From: Octopus vulgaris
Taxonomy: Eukaryota
Direction: 5' to 3'
DNA length: 64,000 bases
NCBI GenBank assembly: GCA_951406725.2
Contig: OX597816.1
Location: 172,608,001 to 172,672,000, forward strand
The translations under genes were made by a program, and so were the position numbers. The notes beneath the pieces are model-generated. The model searched no databases, was not told where the DNA came from, and saw only the letters and a list, made by a program, of their open reading frames with translations. Positions 1-17,060 of this stretch are shown piece by piece; position 1 is the first letter of the stretch; each line of letters opens with the position of its first letter.

Positions 1-380
1 CTAAGAATTCTCTCGGTGATATTCCCTCGTAAATCTCCGATTTCCTGTAGGAGTTGAGTTTTTAAGTGTGTATATGTGTTTTGTGTTGTTTGAATGATAT
101 GTATGTGTGAAGGTCGGGAGATTGCGGATGTGACAAAAATCTTGTGTAATGTTTGTGTGTGTTATGTACTTCATAAATTTATTGTTTTGTGCTTATTGCC
201 ATATAGTTTGTAATGCTAGTCTCTTTAATTTGTGCTTGTTGTGGTTGCTGTTGTTCATGCTGTTGTCGTTTTTGTTGATGCGGTTATGTGTGTGGGATGG
301 CTTGTGTTTCAGGTGTTAGAGATGGTGGTGTCGATGCGGTCTTTGTTTTGGGTGTATTTGTTTTTGTTGGGTATTTTTGT

Positions 381-542
381 TGTGTATTTAATTATGTTTT
401 TAGTTTTGTTTATATTGTTACCAGTTTATGGGGATCTTCTTCTGTCATATGGTGTGGTGTGTGCTAGTGTTCCATTCCAGTTTCCTATTCAGGCTAGGTT
501 TATCTTCTATTATATGTGTAGCTACCGTAATTTGTCTAATTA
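381..542 (-). mobile_element. Penelope-like element 3' end (GIY-YIG C-terminus plus start of UTR)
   Basis: Encodes RQITVATHIIEDKPSLNRKLEW, matching the R-x-I-x-E-A-x-x-I...P-x-L-N end of PLE endonucleases. Near-identical inverted copy at 59059-59220. Confidence 0.7.
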
Positions 543-635
543 TCTTTTTCTCTCTACTTCTAATGTGGACGAGGATTGTTGTTGTTTTTCCACATGTTTT
601 ATTTTCCTTTATGTCGCATTTCAATCTTTTTGTTT

Positions 636-1718
636 TTAACTTCCACTCCTCATCGCGGTCCGACTCTCCATCTGTGATCTCCACGCACTCCGCATCGGAA
701 GTGGAATATCTTCGGGCGCTGAGAAGTGTTTGGGGAGACTCGGTGTCGGTATGGTCGTTGGAGTTTGTGCTCCCATGGCTGAATCTGCTGATGGTGATGA
801 CGCTGCCGCTGTTGTCACTCGAGTTCCGCTGGCTGTTGTTGATATAAGGAGATGAGGCACCCGTCTTTCTTTTTCCTTCAGTCTAGGGCAGAAAGCTTTT
901 AAATGATTAGTCGAAAAGCAAATGTGGCACTTTGCTTTCCTTCCATCCACCCTGACTGGAATTATGCTGGAATTCCCCAGGAAGATGAATGTGGTCTGGG
1001 ATGAGATCCACATTCTTTTGGGTCTTCTGGATGAAGAGTTCTATCGTCATCCCAGACCAGTTCTCCCTTTTTTGGTCTGATAGGCTTCAAGGATTTTCGA
1101 GTTTTCCTCGATATCTATTGTTACTGCAGCAATTAGCCGAGGAATGACTATTTCTGGCGGCACCTGTTGAAGCAACAGCAGCTCCTCGCTTTTCAGGGGA
1201 TTCAGAGAGTGACAATTCACTCCCTCCTCTGTGCAGAATCTGCCCGTCACCATTCCATAGCCCTTTCTTCTCTGTATATATTCCTTTAGATTCCATACGG
1301 AACCTTAAGCTTTTAAGTCTCTGTGGATCTTTCTACCATCCTGTATTTTAATCCGATTGTATGGTACCTCACTGTGCGACGGATTGTATCCTGGATAGTG
1401 TCAAGTAAAGTATTTAGCTTTACAGCTAGTCCGCCTCTCTCAACTAGCTGTCTGACATTTTTAAGTTCCTCTTCAGAGAATGCAGTTCTCTGCGAAGGAA
1501 AGTTTAGAGCTATTCCAAGCCGCTGCACCGGCTTCTTTCTCAGTTCCATCGTTGTTTTTATCATTGTTGTTGTTGTTGTTGTTTTTGCTACTGCTGGGGC
1601 TACTGCTGCTGCTGTTGTCGCTGTTGTTGTTGTCGTTGTTGTCACCTCCGCTATTGTTGTTGTTAGATGTTAGTGGTGCTGCTGATGTTGATGTTGTTGC
1701 TGTTACTTGTACTTGCAT
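636..1718 (-). mobile_element. Decayed L1/Tx1-type ORF1 (gag-like, CCHC zinc knuckle)
   Basis: Frameshifted ORF pieces 1473-1718, 1313-1645, 1047-1253 and 636-1013. The last contains IPVRVDGRKAK-CHICFSTNHLKAFC (CX2CX4HX4C). No ORF2 follows. Confidence 0.6.
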
Positions 1719-2223
1719 CGTCCGTCGCTTCGCTCACAGAAGGAACCTCGTTGTTTACATTTACATAAAAGCTGTTTTTACTTTGAACAATGTTGTCGAA
1801 AACGGAGCTGTTGTTTTTCCAAGATCCTTTAAGAGATCTTTCTCGAAAGAATTGACCCTGTTTTCTTTTTCAACAAAGATTCGTACAACTATCATCTGGG
1901 TTTTTTTCTCTTCTATTGCGCCATCGTTTAACACTTTCGCACTCTCTCCCCTTCTCTCACATGTGAACATCAGCGCGTTTTGTTGTGCTTTCTCCATGTT
2001 CATGGGGAAAACGCAAACAGCTTTTGACTGAAAAAGAAAATCAGTTGACCGGTCACCCAAAACTGGAGGACAAAACACGAAAATGAACTTACCACTTGAC
2101 AAAAATTAACTTGTTGTCCACGATGGTACAACTTAAAGGGTGCAAATACACGTATTATGTGCTTTTGTTTATAAAATCCACGGAGCGAGATCAATTGAGG
2201 CTTGACAGGCTGACAACCATAAA

Positions 2224-4098
<1,875 letters not shown>

Positions 4099-4132
4099 GT
4101 TGTTGTTGTTGTTGTTGTTGTTGTTTCAAATT

Positions 4133-4312
4133 TTGCCACAAGGGGAGCCATTTTGGTGAGGGGATGAGTCAATTACATCGACCCCAATGTTCAACTGCTA
4201 CTTATTTTATCGACCCCGAATGATGAAAGACAAAGTCGACATCGGCTGAATTTGAACACAGAACGTAACGACGGGCGAAATACTGCTAACGATTCTACCA
4301 ATTCGGCACCTT
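4133..4312 (-). mobile_element. SINE family B copy
   Basis: Shares tttatcgaccccgaa..gatgaaa..caaagtcgac core with copies at 46436, 49232 and 54910. Confidence 0.8.
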
Positions 4313-4496
4313 AATAATAATAATGATAATAATAATAATAATAATAATAATAATATTAATAATAATAATAATAATAATAATAATCATAATAATAATAATA
4401 TTAATAATAATAATAATAATAATGGTGATGATGATGAATCCGACGACGACAATAACAACAACAACAAAGATGATGATGATGAGGAGGAGAAGGATA

Positions 4497-4616
4497 ATCT
4501 GGGGAAGGGGACTAATCGATTACATCGATCCCAATGCTCGACTGGTACTTTATTTATCGACCCCGAAAGGATGAAAGGCAAAGTCGACCGCGCTGGAATT
4601 TGAACTAAGAACGTAA
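4497..4616 (-). mobile_element. SINE family B partial copy
   Basis: Same core ggtactttatttatcgaccccgaaaggatgaaaggcaaagtcgac. Confidence 0.75.
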
Positions 4617-5225
4617 ATGGTGAAACCGTATGACATATTACCAGTCAATGTACGTCTCTAGCCCAGAAAGAATATAAGAGACGTCATGGAGACGGTATGG
4701 ACTTGTCAGCGCAAAGAAGTGGTATGAACATAAACCCGAAAGCATCAACGAAAATGATAATGAAAAGATCCTATGGGATTTTATGATTCAGTGCGACCAT
4801 GTGATAGAGAATAGGAAGCCAGGCATAGTCTTAATTGAGAAAGAACGCAAATGATGTTGGATCATAGATATAGCATGCCCAGCTGACAACATGGTATGCG
4901 ATAAGGAAGAAAGAAAAGTCAATAAATATAACAGGTTAGCTTGGGAGTTTAAGCAGTTTTAATCGCTGAAAAGGGTGATAGTAGTACCTATAATTGTCGG
5001 AGCCCTGGGAACAGTGAGTAAAAAATCTTGAGAAGTACATGGAACAAATAGGGGCTGCAATAAGGGTGGAGCACTTGCAGAAAACAGCATTGCTTGGAAC
5101 CGCTCGAATACTCCGGATGGTGCCCGAAAAATAAGGGGTGCTACCTTAGTTCACTGGTAGTGAACAGCTGACACTGTAGTATATCTCCAGCGTTAAAAGC
5201 TGTGTAAAGGCAATAATAATAATAG
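4617..5225 (+). mobile_element. R4/Dong-like LINE 3' fragment (RLE domain, decayed)
   Basis: ETV.HITSQCTSLAQKEYKRRH, KILWDF.IQCDH.IENRKP, VVPIIVGALGTV, LQKTALLGTARILR; ends in aataataataat. Confidence 0.8.
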
Positions 5226-5239
5226 TAAAATGTTCGACC

Positions 5240-6692
5240 TATAACCTGTCTATCACTTATGTGAAAGATTGTGACCGATATATTGGCGGAAGTGTTATAC
5301 AACAATCTGGAAAGTAACAATCTACTTCCAGAAGAACAGAAAGGATGCAGGAAATAAATTAGGGCAACAAAAGATCGCTCTTAGTTGATAAAATGATAAT
5401 TAGAAATTGTAGACGCGAATAAACGGGACGGAATGTAGCAAGGATAGAGTAAAAAAAAAAGCTCATGACATGCTACCACACAGTTGGATAAGTAAAACAA
5501 TGCACATGTTTGGAATAGCAAAAAAAAAAAAAAAACATGGAGAGAAAACTTAATGAAAGTTTGAAACACTGGAGTACCGAATTGATCGGAGGAAAACAAA
5601 AACTCGGAAAAAATGAACATCAGATGTAGAATATTCCACGGTAATAGCTTATTTCCATTAGTATTCCTATTGGCCATGACACCGCTTACTATGATACTAC
5701 GAAAAGCTAAAATTGCTTACGATTTGGGAAAAGAAAATGATCAGATAAAACTCATCTCCTATTCATGGTTTATGCGGAAAAGGAGAAACAACTTGAAAGT
5801 CTCGTACATATAATCTGCGTCTTCTCAAATGATGTCGGAATGGAATTTGGGATAGAAAAGTGCGCTATACTGAAATTGAAACGAGGAAGATTTGAAAGAA
5901 GCCAGGGAATTGAAATGCCAAACGGGCAAACAATGAGAAAGGTTGAGAAAGAACAGTGGAATAAGTACTTGGGAATACTTGGGAAGCAGTCGAAAAAAAT
6001 GAAGAAATGAAACAAATTACCATTAAGGAATACACAAGAAGAGCAAGAGAATAATTGCAGTCAAAGCTGAATTCTAAAAATCTTATTGAAGCAATACAGT
6101 CAAAACTAGCACCCATGATCACATACGGAGTTGGAATTATAGACTGAACCAAAAACAATGTAAAGAAACTTGTCAGAAAAACTACAAAGTTGTTGACGAT
6201 ATATGGAGCCCACCATCGGAAAGCTGATATCAACCGGCTGTACTTGAGAAGAGACCAGGGTCGAAGAGGCTTGACAGTAGTAGAAGAATGTGTACATGCG
6301 GAAAGAAAAAGCCCAGTTGAGTATTTACAGAGCAGCAGAGAAAAACTTCTAAAGACGGTTAATAAAGAACATGTGATGAAGTACATAATAGAAAAAAGGA
6401 CAATAATGCAATAGAAAGAGAACACGTCAGACTGATCGAAGAGAAACCTGCATTTTGGAGTGCCGCTGAAGACGTATGGGGCACAAAATCTTGGGCTTGG
6501 TTAAAAAAAAGTGGGGTTTATTGAAAAAAGAAACAGGGAACCTAATTGTAGCAGCCTAAGATCAAGCGATAAAAACAAATAACACTAGAAAAAATATATA
6601 TGGAGAAAATGTGTCAGAAAAATGTAGACCCTGTGAAACAAGGAACGAGACGGTGGCACAAATTGTGATAGAATGCCCCAAGCTGGCACATC
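5240..6692 (+). mobile_element. R4/Dong-like LINE RT fragment (pseudogenised)
   Basis: LLPEEQKGC, IFHGNSLFPLVF, FSNDVGMEFGIEKCA, GAHHRKADINRLYLRRDQGRRGL, CRPC..ETVAQIVIEC; many stops and frameshifts. Confidence 0.85.
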
Positions 6693-7569
6693 GTATGAAT
6701 GAATCGGAAAATTTGACCTCAGCAGGATTTGAGGTCTATACAATAAGAGGTATAAATAAATATTGCAGATATTTCGTTTGTCGCTTTACTTACTTTGCTA
6801 TTCCACAGCTTTTTAGATAATTCCAATACATTTTATGATGATTTCCGCCATAAGACCAAAACTGTAATTTTTGAGGGAGGATGGAATCGATTATATCGAT
6901 CAGGGTACGTGACTGGTATGTATTATATTGACCCCCCAAGAAAACCACAACCAACATAGTCAAAATTTTATTTCAGGAACAGGTGGGATTTTAAAAAAAT
7001 ACCACAAAGTATTATTTTCACTGCGACTCTACAGATTGTGCCGTTCATGGCTTTTTATAAGAATGATAATTATGTATTACATAAACACAAAGTCACACAT
7101 TTTAAGAGTGTATAAATAATTAGATCAATCCGGATATACTTAATTAGTATAGATACAATAAGGAGGTGGGGAAAGGCAAAGTTAACAGTGGAAGGATTTG
7201 AACTCAGGACGTAAAGATAAAGAAAGGAGTGTAACTAACTGGACCAAGGTTCTTTGTCGTTATAGCGATTTTCCTATACACCCATGTTATGAAAATGTAA
7301 CAAAAATAAAGAAAATAGCAACAACAATAATAATGATGCAAATCAAACAGACGAAACGATTGCTTTGGGAAACAATATTACTTTCATGTTTCAACAATTC
7401 CAGAGGAAAAAAAATGTGGACATGACAATAGCCCAACTTGAGTGAATAAACAACAAATATGTAAAAGAATAATGCAAAAGACGAAAGTAAAATAATAAAA
7501 ATAAAGGAAGAAAAAAAAAAGAAAAACCAACTGAATAAAATCTCCGTTTGTTGGGTATTGAAGCAGCGG

Positions 7570-7706
7570 TTTATTGCAGCGCTGATATATCACCATTCTG
7601 TCAGGGAAGAGAAATTTTAATGCTAAAGTGTTGAAGTGTTGATTTGCAATCTTGTTTAAGTACTAGTTAGTTGCCGTGATGGTCAACTTGGGTAAAATTT
7701 ACACAT
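7570..7706 (-). other. Candidate terminal exon with polyadenylation signal
   Basis: Acceptor-like catatttcag| before 7706, early stops in all frames, AATAAA at 7575-7570 (minus), U-rich sequence downstream. Confidence 0.2.
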
Positions 7707-8544
7707 CTGAAATATGCGTGTTTGTGTGTGTAAGTGTGTAGGTGTGTGTGTAAGTGTGTGTGTGTGTGTAAGTGCGTGAGTGTGTATGTGAATGCATATT
7801 TGTGTATGTGCGTGTGTGTATGTGTGTGTGTGTGTGTGTGTAATTTAAACAAAAATGAAGAAAGAGAAATAATTCAGAGTGGCCAATGGCATGTATATGA
7901 ACATTATAGAAAAATACAGGTATATCAAATATCATAGAACATAAATTCTTGATTTATTAAAATTATCTCCGGCTCTAGAGGATTTGCCACAATTACCATC
8001 GACAGTTAAGACCGACAAGCTCCCTGTTAGAAGGGGAAGTAATATCAAGAATGAAGTATTCTCCAAAGGAGAAATGGACATGCTTACAGTCTGAAGATAA
8101 AGAGGTAATAATGTACTTGTGTTTCTGCCGCAGTAGGTGTCACCAGCACGAAAATTACTTCCAGTAGCCAAGGAATCTAGACATATGAAAAAGAGGAGCA
8201 GAACACATTCAGGGTCTAAGTTGCTGGTGTATTTTAAACAAAATAGAGCTAAAAGACATAACTCACAGTGACAAGTCGCATGTATTTAAATAGCATAGAT
8301 AATACAGATATATTAAACATCCCACAAAATAAGTTCGTGATTTATTGAAAATATCTTCACCCCTAGATGACGTGTTACAACAACCAAATGGCAACTGAAA
8401 CCGGCTCCAATGATAAGAGTAGATAGTCTCAGATATCGAGAATTATTCGAAGTTTACATGCTATGGAAGAGGATGACAGGTTTATTCTCTGGAGAGATGA
8501 CAGTCGTGGACATGCGTTTCCGCCTCAATAGGCGTTTACATGTC

Positions 8545-9030
8545 ATACATACAAACACTGCCGCCTTAGTGCGGGTCGGTTCTCCCGACACGCCGCATCA
8601 TTAAAAGGGGCCTCGATGCGGCCGGCTTCCTGTTACAACTGGTGCCAACAGGTCTTGACCGTGGGGATGGTAAGTTTCCCGATGGAATAACCATCTTCAC
8701 ATGCGAGGGAGATAAATCCCTAATCTGGGACGCGGCGCACTGTGACACGTTCTCCGCTTCCAGCTTTGCCGCATCGGCTGCAAACCTGGTCATCGCTGCC
8801 TGCAATGCAGAGGAGAGAAAGATAACCAAATACCGGAGTTTGATCGGCTGCTACCTGTTCGTACTGGTCGCTGTCAAGCCCTCGGGTGTTCTTGGACCCG
8901 CACTGCTGATTTCCTCTGTAAAATCGGGATGATGACACCCCGTCTGAGAATTGAGCGTTGCTGGCCATTCTCTGCGTCCACGAGGCGCGGCTGAATACAC
9001 TGCGTTTCGAGCTTACGCATTTCAACAGAA
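8545..9030 (+). mobile_element. CRE-like RLE LINE 3' fragment
   Basis: PTGLDRGDGKFPDGITIF...SLIWDA.HCDT...AEERKITKY...FVLVAV.PSGVLGP, a typical CRE-clade endonuclease motif series. Confidence 0.75.
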
Positions 9031-9073
9031 GGGAACAAGAAAAAAATAAACGGATATATATATATATATATAT

Positions 9074-9745
9074 ACGAAAGTTCCCAGACTAGTTATGGTT
9101 AATAAAAAGAACTTATTTACTTAAGTTTTAATATCATCTTTGAAATAGTTACCTTGCGCAACGATACACCGACCCCAGCGTTCCTGCCACTTTTGGAATC
9201 CGGCCTAGAAGTCATTCTTCGTAAGCAAGTCGAGGACCTTCTTCGATTCACTCTGGATCACGACAACGGTGTTAAAACGACGACCTTTGAGCTGCCTCTT
9301 CATCTTGGGGAAGAGATAGAAGTCCGCAGATGCTAAATCTGGAGGATAGAGTGTGTGCAAAAGCGATACCAAGCTTTCAGGGACGTTCTTCCACTTTTTA
9401 AGCCCCTGCGCCACTCGAAACATTGCGTACAATCCATTGCTTCATTGTCGTAAGCTTGCCGAAGCATGCTCAATGTCTCTGTATCAGACTACCCACGTTT
9501 AACGCAAAATTTCACGTTGGCTCTATGTGCCAACTTCTTGTCCATGGCAAAAATCGCAGACTACAGCATACCCGTGATCACAAAAACGCAAATTTTACAA
9601 CTTGCGAAGTAAATACAACGAAACGAGGTTACTTGGTACACTGCTTCATGAAAGACACCGTTAGCTCTCACTGAGCACACAACCGTGTGCTGGCATCTGT
9701 TGGCGCGCTACAGAACTAGTCCGGGAACTTTTTGATACCATCTGT
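9074..9745 (-). mobile_element. Internally deleted mariner element
   Basis: LYPPDLASADFYLFPKMKRQLKGRRF (YSPDLAP motif). Terminal inverted repeat aaagttccc(a/g)gactagtt at both ends; TA-repeat flanks. Confidence 0.85.
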
Positions 9746-9752
9746 ATGTATG

Positions 9753-9841
<89 letters not shown>

Positions 9842-9940
9842 GTATGCATGTATGTATGTATGTATGTATATACACACACATACATATGTATATGTACATA
9901 CATACACATATGCATGTATGTGTGTATGTTTTACATATAT

Positions 9941-10237
9941 AATTGAAGAAATTGGAGTCAAGAAGAAGGAGTACGGCTGGACATTTATTTTTTATTTGCT
10001 ACAATTGTTTCGATGCAACGTAGTTCTCCAAGAAGCCTTAAAGTCGACGATTTTAAACTAACGGAGACAACACTCGTATATCGCCCGAGGAAACACAACT
10101 AGATCTCATTATGCAAACAAATAGTTGCATAATCAAATACTTGTATTCTTGGAGAACTGCGTTGCCTCGAAACAATTGTAGCGAATGATAAGTAAATGTC
10201 CAACCGTACTCCTTCTGAACTCCAATTTCTTTAATTT
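9941..10237. repeat. Diverged inverted repeat (~93-bp arms, ~110-bp spacer), probable Penelope pLTR remnant
   Basis: 9941-10033 is the reverse complement of 10146-10237. Arms contain GAAAC-AATT-GTA (hammerhead-like 3' half). Confidence 0.7.
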
Positions 10238-10479
10238 TATATTCACACACGATGAATGTCCAAATTTAAATTTGGAAGTATATAATAATATTACCGATAG
10301 TACTGGGTAATTCTGAAGATAACGAGCCTTATACTGTACTTTACCACATTTCTAACGGAATATAACTTAACTATATTTATAGATATACGTCACACCGGCG
10401 TACACTCACATATGTACACACGTATATATATATCACTATGTATAGGATATCATTAGATACGTCATGATGTTTCAGCATA

Positions 10480-11190
<711 letters not shown>

Positions 11191-11230
11191 GTATATATCT
11201 ACTGGTCTCAATTTATGCACCGTGTCTTTG

Positions 11231-11494
11231 TCAAGTAGCGTATGTTACCATCGACATGTTAGGAACTGTCAGTGCCAAATCTACGGTAAATAGCCTTTCA
11301 TCAATTTCGAAAAATACTTGGCTAAATTGATGAGATGACGTTTGTTTTGCTGTGGAAACCACAGGCGACGACGGCTTGTTGTTGTAGTTGTTGTTGTTGT
11401 TGTTGTCAGTGGTGGTGGTGGTGGTGCTGCTGGTGGTAAATGTTGTCGGAGAGTGGTTGGTGATATCGATGGTAGTTTGAAAATGAACCAAAAA
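11231..11494 (-). CDS. Candidate terminal coding exon of an unidentified host gene
   Basis: Acceptor aatttttcttag| at 11495, phase-0 open frame [12 protein letters not shown]...[27 protein letters not shown]-stop. Phase-compatible with the candidate exon at 12262-12317. Confidence 0.3.
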   Translation of the reverse strand, partial: FLVHFQTTIDITNHSPTTFTTSSTTTTTTDNNNNNNYNNKPSSPVVSTAKQTSSHQFSQVFFEIDERLFTVDLALTVPNMSMVTYAT

Positions 11495-11862
11495 CTAAGA
11501 AAAATTGTACAGGGACAGTAAGAGGAGATGTGCTACAGTTGGTAATGTGTCAGAGGTCAACACAAGAAAAGAAATGGCCCCCCCCCCCCGACGCACTGCC
11601 TGCCCCTCACCCACCATAACCACAGCTACACCTTCTCAGCGCCAAACTTCGAAAAATGCAAAAACACAGATACAATAACAGATACAACAATAACAACAGC
11701 AACAATAATGATGATGATGATGATGATGATGATGATAATGCAATAAATTTTATGTCGAATACATAGATCAATCAGAAAGTTTCTAATGCGACTGAATATA
11801 TGCGTGTGTGTGTGTGTGCATACACACACGGACACATATACAAACGTTTACAGAAAAATATG

Positions 11863-11946
<84 letters not shown>

Positions 11947-12261
11947 CAGACACACACATACAAGTGTGTGTGTGAATATAAAAAAATCCTTCAGTGAAAT
12001 ATAAGCAGCAGACGACATTTAGCATTTAGCATTTCACTAAAAAGGAGCAAATGCTATGCAGTTTCTCCCTTGGTAAAGGAATAGTTATAAGCCTTCCTGA
12101 CCCTAAAGAACAACGCTCACGCCATCGGGTCTTTTTTTCGGCGTATTTTATAATCGTTTTTGACCATGCACGAGATTTTGTATTTACAGCATCAATTCCC
12201 AGTGGTTTTGCAGGCACGATGAACTATGCTTGAATTCAGAAAATAGCAGCGTTAGGCTCAC

Positions 12262-12317
12262 ATCTGAGTAACCGACAGGCTCAGATGGAAGCGCGCGATC
12301 AGTTAAACAGTCCCCGT
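12262..12317 (-). CDS. Candidate 56-nt internal coding exon
   Basis: Strong acceptor tattctatttttatttacag| and donor GAT|gtgagc. Only one open frame ([19 protein letters not shown]); GC-richer unique island among microsatellites. Confidence 0.45.
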
Positions 12318-12339
12318 CTGTAAATAAAAATAGAATATC

Positions 12340-13800
<1,461 letters not shown>

Positions 13801-13956
13801 AATACAGAGTTATTCATGGCGGGGTTTCTCTTTCGTATGCGGTGCCGTTGTCGCTGCGGTGTTAACTGAACATGAAAAGCCACGACTAAAAAGATTCAGT
13901 ATGTTTTATGTCCATTTCAATCTGTGAATGTATATGAGTATATAAAGATATTTATA

Positions 13957-13989
<33 letters not shown>

Positions 13990-14009
13990 GAGAGATAGAG
14001 AGAGAGAGA

Positions 14010-14159
14010 GGCGCAAGCGTGGCTGGGTGGTAAGAAGCTTGCTTTCCAACCACATGGTTCCGGGTTCAGTCCCCTGGGCAAGTGTCTTCTACTTATAGCC
14101 TCGGGCCCACCAAAGCCTTGTTAGTGGATTTAGCAGACGGAAACTGAAAGAAGCCCGTC

Positions 14160-14236
<77 letters not shown>

Positions 14237-14260
14237 TGTATGTATGTATGTATGTATGTA

Positions 14261-14291
<31 letters not shown>

Positions 14292-14518
14292 GTGTTTATG
14301 TATGTATGTATGTGTGTGTGTCCGCGCTTGTCTCTCTCCCACCATTGCTTGACAACATATGTTGGCATGTTTACGTCCCCGTAACTTAGCTCTTCGGCAG
14401 AAGGACTGATACAATAAGTACTAGGCTTATAAGGAATAAATCCTGGGGTCGATTTTTTTTCCTCCAGCATGGCCGCAGTCAAATGCTTGAAACAAGTAAA
14501 AGAATGAAAGAATAAAGG
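14010..14518 (+). mobile_element. SINE family A (tRNA head, CORE-like ccttgggcaagt, internal microsatellite)
   Basis: A-box tggctgggtgg, B-box gggttcagtcc; body matches 58463-58870. Confidence 0.85.
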
Positions 14519-14519
14519 A

Positions 14520-14555
<36 letters not shown>

Positions 14556-14770
14556 CTATGCTTATTTATATATGCATACACACATACATGCGTGCGTGTA
14601 AGCGCATAAATGCAAAACAAGTATACTTTTATTAAAGCTGTAAAATTTTCACAAACTGTTCCTCAGTGTTTCACGTTCCCATGTTTGTGTGTGTGTGTGT
14701 GTGTGTGTGTTTTTGTGCGTATGTGTGTATATGTGTGTGTGCGTGTGTGATGTATGTATGTATTTAAACT

Positions 14771-14985
14771 GGCACTCCGTCGGTTACGACGACGAGGGTT
14801 CCAGATGATCCGATCAACGGAACAGTCTGATCGTCAAATTAACGTGCCAATGGCTGAGACTGCAGATAAGTGTAATCTTAACCTAGTTCTCACGGAGATT
14901 CAGCGTGACACAGAATGTGACAGGGCTGACCCTCTGAAATACAAGTACTACTCATTTTTGCCAGCTGGGTGGATTGGAGCAAGTG
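14771..14985 (-). mobile_element. SINE family C 3' part
   Basis: gcactccgtcggttacgacgacgagggttcc is identical to the 3' end of the copy at 54272-54645. Confidence 0.75.
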
Positions 14986-15175
14986 CCTGCCTTATGCAGG
15001 GGCACCACCCTTGAACGTTTTAATCTTCGAACTATCGAGTACATATTTTATTGCCTTCATGCTTGCCAGATTGCCAGGTTACGGGGATGTAAATAAATTC
15101 TATGAGTTGTCATGCTTTGAAAGCCAAGTTGAAAGACATTCTCAGACACAAACGTATTTTTATGTATGCACATAT

Positions 15176-15305
15176 GTGTGGTAATGGGTTTGCTTCCCGA
15201 CCACGTTATCCCGGGTTCAGTCCCACTGTGTTGCAACCTGGCCAAGTGTCTTCTTCTATAGCCTCAGGCTGACCAAAGCCGTGTGAGTGGATTTGGTAGA
15301 CAGAC

Positions 15306-15381
<76 letters not shown>

Positions 15382-15468
15382 TGTGTGTGTGTCCCAACTG
15401 CTTGACAACCGTTCTTGAATTGTATACGTCCCCGTAACATTGCAGTTCGGGTAAAAGAATCGATAGAA
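15176..15468 (+). mobile_element. SINE family A partial copy
   Basis: ccgggttcagtcccactg...caagtgtcttcttctatagcctc...gagtggatttggtagac. Confidence 0.8.
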
Positions 15469-15559
15469 TATATATATATTTCCTCATTCAGAATAATTCA
15501 TTTGAACCCCTGTGGTGCCGGAATTTTTATTCCCTAATAAATAAAATAAAATAATCTAA

Positions 15560-16450
15560 TGTAATGGTTTAACTTTATTGTTTAGCTTGAAAGTTTAAAC
15601 AATTAAGTATGGCATCACTGAAAGACATACCTATCCCACCAAAAAAAGAACTCAAGATTAAACTGGTTAATAATATAAAGAATTTCATAAATAAAACTTA
15701 AATGGAAAGAACACTACTATAATAATGAAAATACTATAGACATAAATAATAGAGACAATAATAGATTTATTACGAATAAATTTTAACCTAGGAAAGAACC
15801 ACCGTACAATAAAGAAATGCAAAACTTGGAAGACAAAATTTGGGAAATAGTAAAAAAATTTAGAATTTTATAAATACCCGAACAGGCATAATAATTATCT
15901 TAAAAAGTAACTGTCAAAGCTATCAACACCAAGTGGTTCCTCAAGAACTTAGCACATAACGGCTATGCGCCATCTGTCGCTAAACGGCTACATCAGCATA
16001 CTGATAGTGCGCAATGGTCTATCCCTGAGGAAATTTATGTCGAGGAATAATACCACAGATAGCATCGTGGGGTGCACACTAACCAATTGTCCCCCATCGA
16101 CTACATCAAAACGTGCTTGAGGGCTTATGTAGTATACGAAGTAGTCTGCAGTAAATGTGGAGCGTCGTACATAAGGAGCACCAGCAGGAAGTTGCACATC
16201 CGCCCAAGAAGATATATGCACACGGACTTCAATAAAGAAATACCTAAAGAAGTGCCAAACCCAGAATTTTGAAATTTCCATCAGGACCACACAACGCAAC
16301 TGGAGTAATCCCAGAATCATGGAGGTTCTCCTTATAAACAAACTAAGACCAGTCATTAACAAAAAGGAACTACAGGGTGCAGACTGTACACCACTCTGCT
16401 CATGTCACCTTCCTCCTTCCTCGCCACACCTCTGAGCAACGACTCTTTCC
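15560..16450 (+). mobile_element. Penelope-like element remnant (GIY-YIG endonuclease)
   Basis: VVYEVVCSKCGASYIRSTSRKLHIR (GIY-YIG with CxxC) and downstream [18 protein letters not shown]. The 5' boundary is uncertain. Confidence 0.75.
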
Positions 16451-16491
16451 AAATGTCATGCGTCTGTATATATACATACATACATACAAAC

Positions 16492-16608
<117 letters not shown>

Positions 16609-16665
16609 ATGTTTATATATGTATGTATATATATATATACACATATATATGTATATATATGTATA

Positions 16666-16790
16666 TGATCAATAAGTATCCGGACTGTTGCTATAGTAAC
16701 GAAGCTAAATCATGCAGTGTAAAACCGCTCGGCAGACATTGTTGTGCATGCGCACTAGGAATTAACGTTCTAGCTCACTTCCGCTGTTTA
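16666..16790. mobile_element. Mariner-like terminal fragment
   Basis: tgatcaataagtatccggact resembles mariner TIR style, next to a TA repeat; no partner end seen. Confidence 0.35.
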
Positions 16791-16964
16791 AATATATAAG
16801 CTACACAAGGTCTGACTCCACAGAATTCCTTTATTTAAATTCCAGTAAAACTTCAAAAATATTTCACCGTAAAATCTTATTTACTGAACGCATCATTTTT
16901 CTTATAAAATTCGCCTCAGGAAACGAGTAACGGTTTGCTCTATATGTATGCTGCATGCGTATAA

Positions 16965-17060
<96 letters not shown>

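Noticed and set aside
7932-8260. Unique-looking short ORFs
   Set aside because: No recognisable motif; stops interrupt the plus frame. Possibly an old transposon piece.
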